The notes under the pieces: generated by a model
What the model was told of the DNA's origin: nothing
The model's input: only the letters and a program-made list of their open reading frames with translations
The model's database searches: none
Made by a program: the position numbers and the translations under genes
In this document: piece after piece, positions 61,251 to 64,000 of the stretch
Position numbering within the stretch: position 1 is the first letter of the stretch
How the letters are laid out: each line of letters begins with the position of its first letter
NCBI RefSeq assembly: GCF_964213995.1
Contig: NC_135818.1
Span: 71,424,001-71,488,000, forward strand
DNA: 64,000 bases
Source of the DNA: Mustelus asterias
Lineage: Eukaryota
Reading direction: 5' to 3'

Positions 61251-61610
61251 AAGTCTCACAACACCAGGTTAAAGTCCAACAGATTTATTTGGTGGCAAAA
61301 GCCACTAGCTTTTGGAGCGCTGCCCCTTCATCAGGTGAGTGGGAGTTCTATTCACATTCAGGGCATATAAAGATACAAACTCAATTTACAAAATAATGGT
61401 TGGAATGCGAGTCTGTTACCTGTAAAGACTCGCATTCCAACCATTATTTTGTAAATTGAGTTTGTGTCTTTATATGCCCTGTTTGTGAACAGAACTCCCA
61501 CTCACCTGATGAAGGGGCAGCGCTCCAAAAGCTAGTGGCTTTTGCCACCAAATAAATCTGTTGGACTTTAACCTGGTGTTGTGAGACTTCTTACTGTTTA
61601 CCCCAGTCCA
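61251..61610. mobile_element. Penelope-like terminal-repeat palindrome (about 164-bp arms) with degenerate hammerhead cores; continues at 62496-62522 after a CR1 insertion
   Basis: Arms 61251-61414 and 61426-61589 are near-perfect reverse complements; CTGATGA-stem-(G>A)AAA motif in both arms. Confidence 0.75.
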
Positions 61611-62477
61611 TAAGACCATAAGACCATAAGACATAGGAGCGGAAGTAAGGCCATTCGGCCCATCGAGTCCACTCCACCATTCAATCATGGTTGATTTCAA
61701 CTCCATTTACCCGCTCTCTCCCCATAGCCCTTAATTCCTCGAGAAATCAAGAATTTATCAATTTCTGTCTTGAAGACGCTCAACGTCTCGGCCTCCACAG
61801 CCCTCTGTGGCAATGAATTCCACAGACCCACCACTCTCTGGCTGAAGAAATTTCTCCTCATCTCTGTTCTAAAGTGACTCCCTTTTATTCTAAGGCTGTG
61901 CCCCCGCGTCCTAGTCTCCCCTGTTAATGGAAACAACTTCCCTACGTCCATCCTATCTAAGCCGTTCATTATCTTGTAAGTTTCTATCAGATCTCCCCTC
62001 AACCTCCTAAACTCCAATGAATATAATCCCACGATCCTCAGACGTTCATCGTATGTCAGGCCTACCATTCCTGGGATCATCCGTGTGAATCTCCGCTGGA
62101 CCCGCTCCAGTGCCAGTATGTCCTTCCTGAGGTGTGGGGCCCAAAATTGCTCACAGTACTCCAAATGGGGCCTAACCAGTGCTTTATAAAGCCTCAGAAG
62201 TACATCCCTGCTTTTGTATTCCAAGCCTCTTGAGATAAATGACAACATTACATTTGCTTTCTTAATTACGGACTCAACCTGCAAGTTTACCTTTAGAGAA
62301 TCCTGGACTAGGACTCCCAAGTCCCTTTGCACTTTAGCATTATGAATTTTGTCACCGTTTAGAAAATAGTCCATGCCTCTATTCTTTTTTCCAAAGTGTA
62401 CGACCTCGCACTTGCCCACGTTGAATTTCATCAGCCACTTCTTGGACCACTCTCCTAAACTGTCTAAATCTTTCTGC
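61611..62477 (-). mobile_element. 5'-truncated young CR1 (ORF 61697-62431) inserted into a PLE repeat
   Basis: Uninterrupted 244-codon CR1 C-terminus; (TCTTATGG)n tail; TSD AGTCCA (61605-61610 / 62496-62501). Confidence 0.92.
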
Positions 62478-63349
62478 GTCCAACAAATCTTTCTAAGTCC
62501 AACGCCAACATCTCCACATCATGAGTAGCAATATCATCAGAAGTTACCTTTTATCGAATCCTAATTCGCTTATTTTGCTTTGTATGTTAATTGAATTTTC
62601 ATTGTGGCATTGTATCACCTTGTCTTCTCATAGCTTCCAGTAGTTTTCTTGTGACATTGGTTTGCAGAGTTGCTCTCTCTATCTTTCCAGGCAGTGAACT
62701 TCAAACACCGAAGACAGAAATTGAATCTTTCTGCCAACATTAGTGAATAATGTGTGATGTTGCTTACAACTCTTTTTTTTAGAATGGTTGTGCTTTTCAG
62801 TTGCAAAGCTCAACTAGGAATATTAAATTTAAGTTGGGGATTATAGTGTTAAATGTATGATAAATTGAAAGCCTGATTAAGAACCTAGTAAATAATCTTA
62901 AAGTAACTGGAAATCAAAAAAGCCTGAGTTAATTACAGTTAAAAAGTAACCCATATTTATCTTACAAGGTCACCGTTGGATGTGAGTAAACTTAAACAAT
63001 GGGTAATCCATCTCTGGACCGTTAGAGGAGTCTGACAAGGGAGCAATTATATCCATTAGAGATATTAATTATTTGTGTGGGTCACAGATTCGAAGGGTTT
63101 GGATTTGAAGATAAAAGATGGTTAATTTATCTTTCTGTTTTGAACATCCCAAGTATCCCACATTGCCATAGATGTGAGCTATGGGGGAGAAAGGGTTATT
63201 TTGTTTATTTTATCTGTTGTCATTTGCAAAAGGCAGTTGTAGATTTTGTCTGTGTTCACTTCGAATTTGTGAGGAAGAGAGAGCCTGGAGGATTTGCCCA
63301 GTTTAGGGCTATTTTGTCTTTTCACAGTGCAAGACACTATAGTCATTCC

Positions 63350-64000
63350 ATTAGTAACAGGTAATGTAGAGGTTGTTGAAAAGGAGGAACTTAAAATAAT
63401 CACCATTATTAGGGAAAAAGTATTGAGCAAGCTATTCGGATTTAAGACAGACAAGTGCCCAGGACCTGATGGCCTACATCATAAGGTCTTAAAGAAAGAG
63501 ACAGCAGATATAGTGGAGACATTGGTTATAATATTCCAAAATTCCCTGGATTCTGGGAAGGTTGCAGTGGGTTGGAAAAGGGCTAAAGTAACGCTTCTGT
63601 TCAAAAAGAAAGAAAGGCAGAAAGTAGGAAACAATAGACCAGCTAGTTTACATATGTCTTTGGGAACCTGTGGAATCTATTATTAAGGAAATAGTAATGG
63701 TACACTTGAAAAGTCAAACTGCAATCTATCATAGTCAGTATGGTTTTATGAAGGGTAAATCATGTTTGACTAATTTGCTGGAGTTTTTCGAAGATGTGAC
63801 AAGCAAAGTGGATAATGTGGCTCCTGTAATGTAGAATATCTGGACTTCCAGAAGGCATTTGATAATGTGCCGCACAAAAGGTTAATACAAGGTAAGATCA
63901 CACGTGGTTGGGGAAAATATATCAGCTTGGATAAAGAATTGGCTAGCCAATCCTATGCAAAGAGTGAAGATAAATGGGTCTTTTTCTGGTTGGCAAGCTG
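63350..64000 (+). mobile_element. CR1 ORF2 RT relic running off the window end
   Basis: DKCPGPDGLH, IFQNSLDSG, SQYGFMKGKSCLTNLLEFFE, YLDFQKAFD. Confidence 0.88.

Noticed and set aside
1-64000. CRISPR array, rRNA or prokaryotic operon
   Set aside because: No regularly spaced repeat-spacer array and no rRNA motifs; the content is vertebrate interspersed repeats.

Overview
Repeat-dense cartilaginous-fish (shark-like) genomic DNA, judged from about 24 HE1-type V-SINEs and HER1/CR1 LINEs. I could not identify a host protein-coding gene with confidence; there are only weak candidate exons. Main structures: (1) a 12.1-kb decayed hAT DNA transposon (41456-53597) with 16-bp TIRs and a perfect 8-bp TSD. 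(2) Nested inside it, a full-length CR1 LINE with open ORF1 and ORF2 (about 44031-48299, minus strand). Its ORF1/ORF2 junction carries an in-frame U_UUA_AAC -1 frameshift heptamer, and ORF2 has no usable AUG. (3) Three dispersed, TSD-flanked, A-tailed copies of a rearranged U2 snRNA-derived element, a candidate shark SINEU-type family. (4) Palindromic Penelope-like terminal repeats with hammerhead-ribozyme cores. (5) Two related solo LTRs, many Harbinger-type MITEs with 3-bp TSDs, and Rex1/Babar, L2, Tx1 and CR1 relics. (6) Several perfect fold-back palindromes at insertion junctions. All family assignments come from motif recognition by eye, with no database search. Repeat boundaries are approximate unless a TSD is given.
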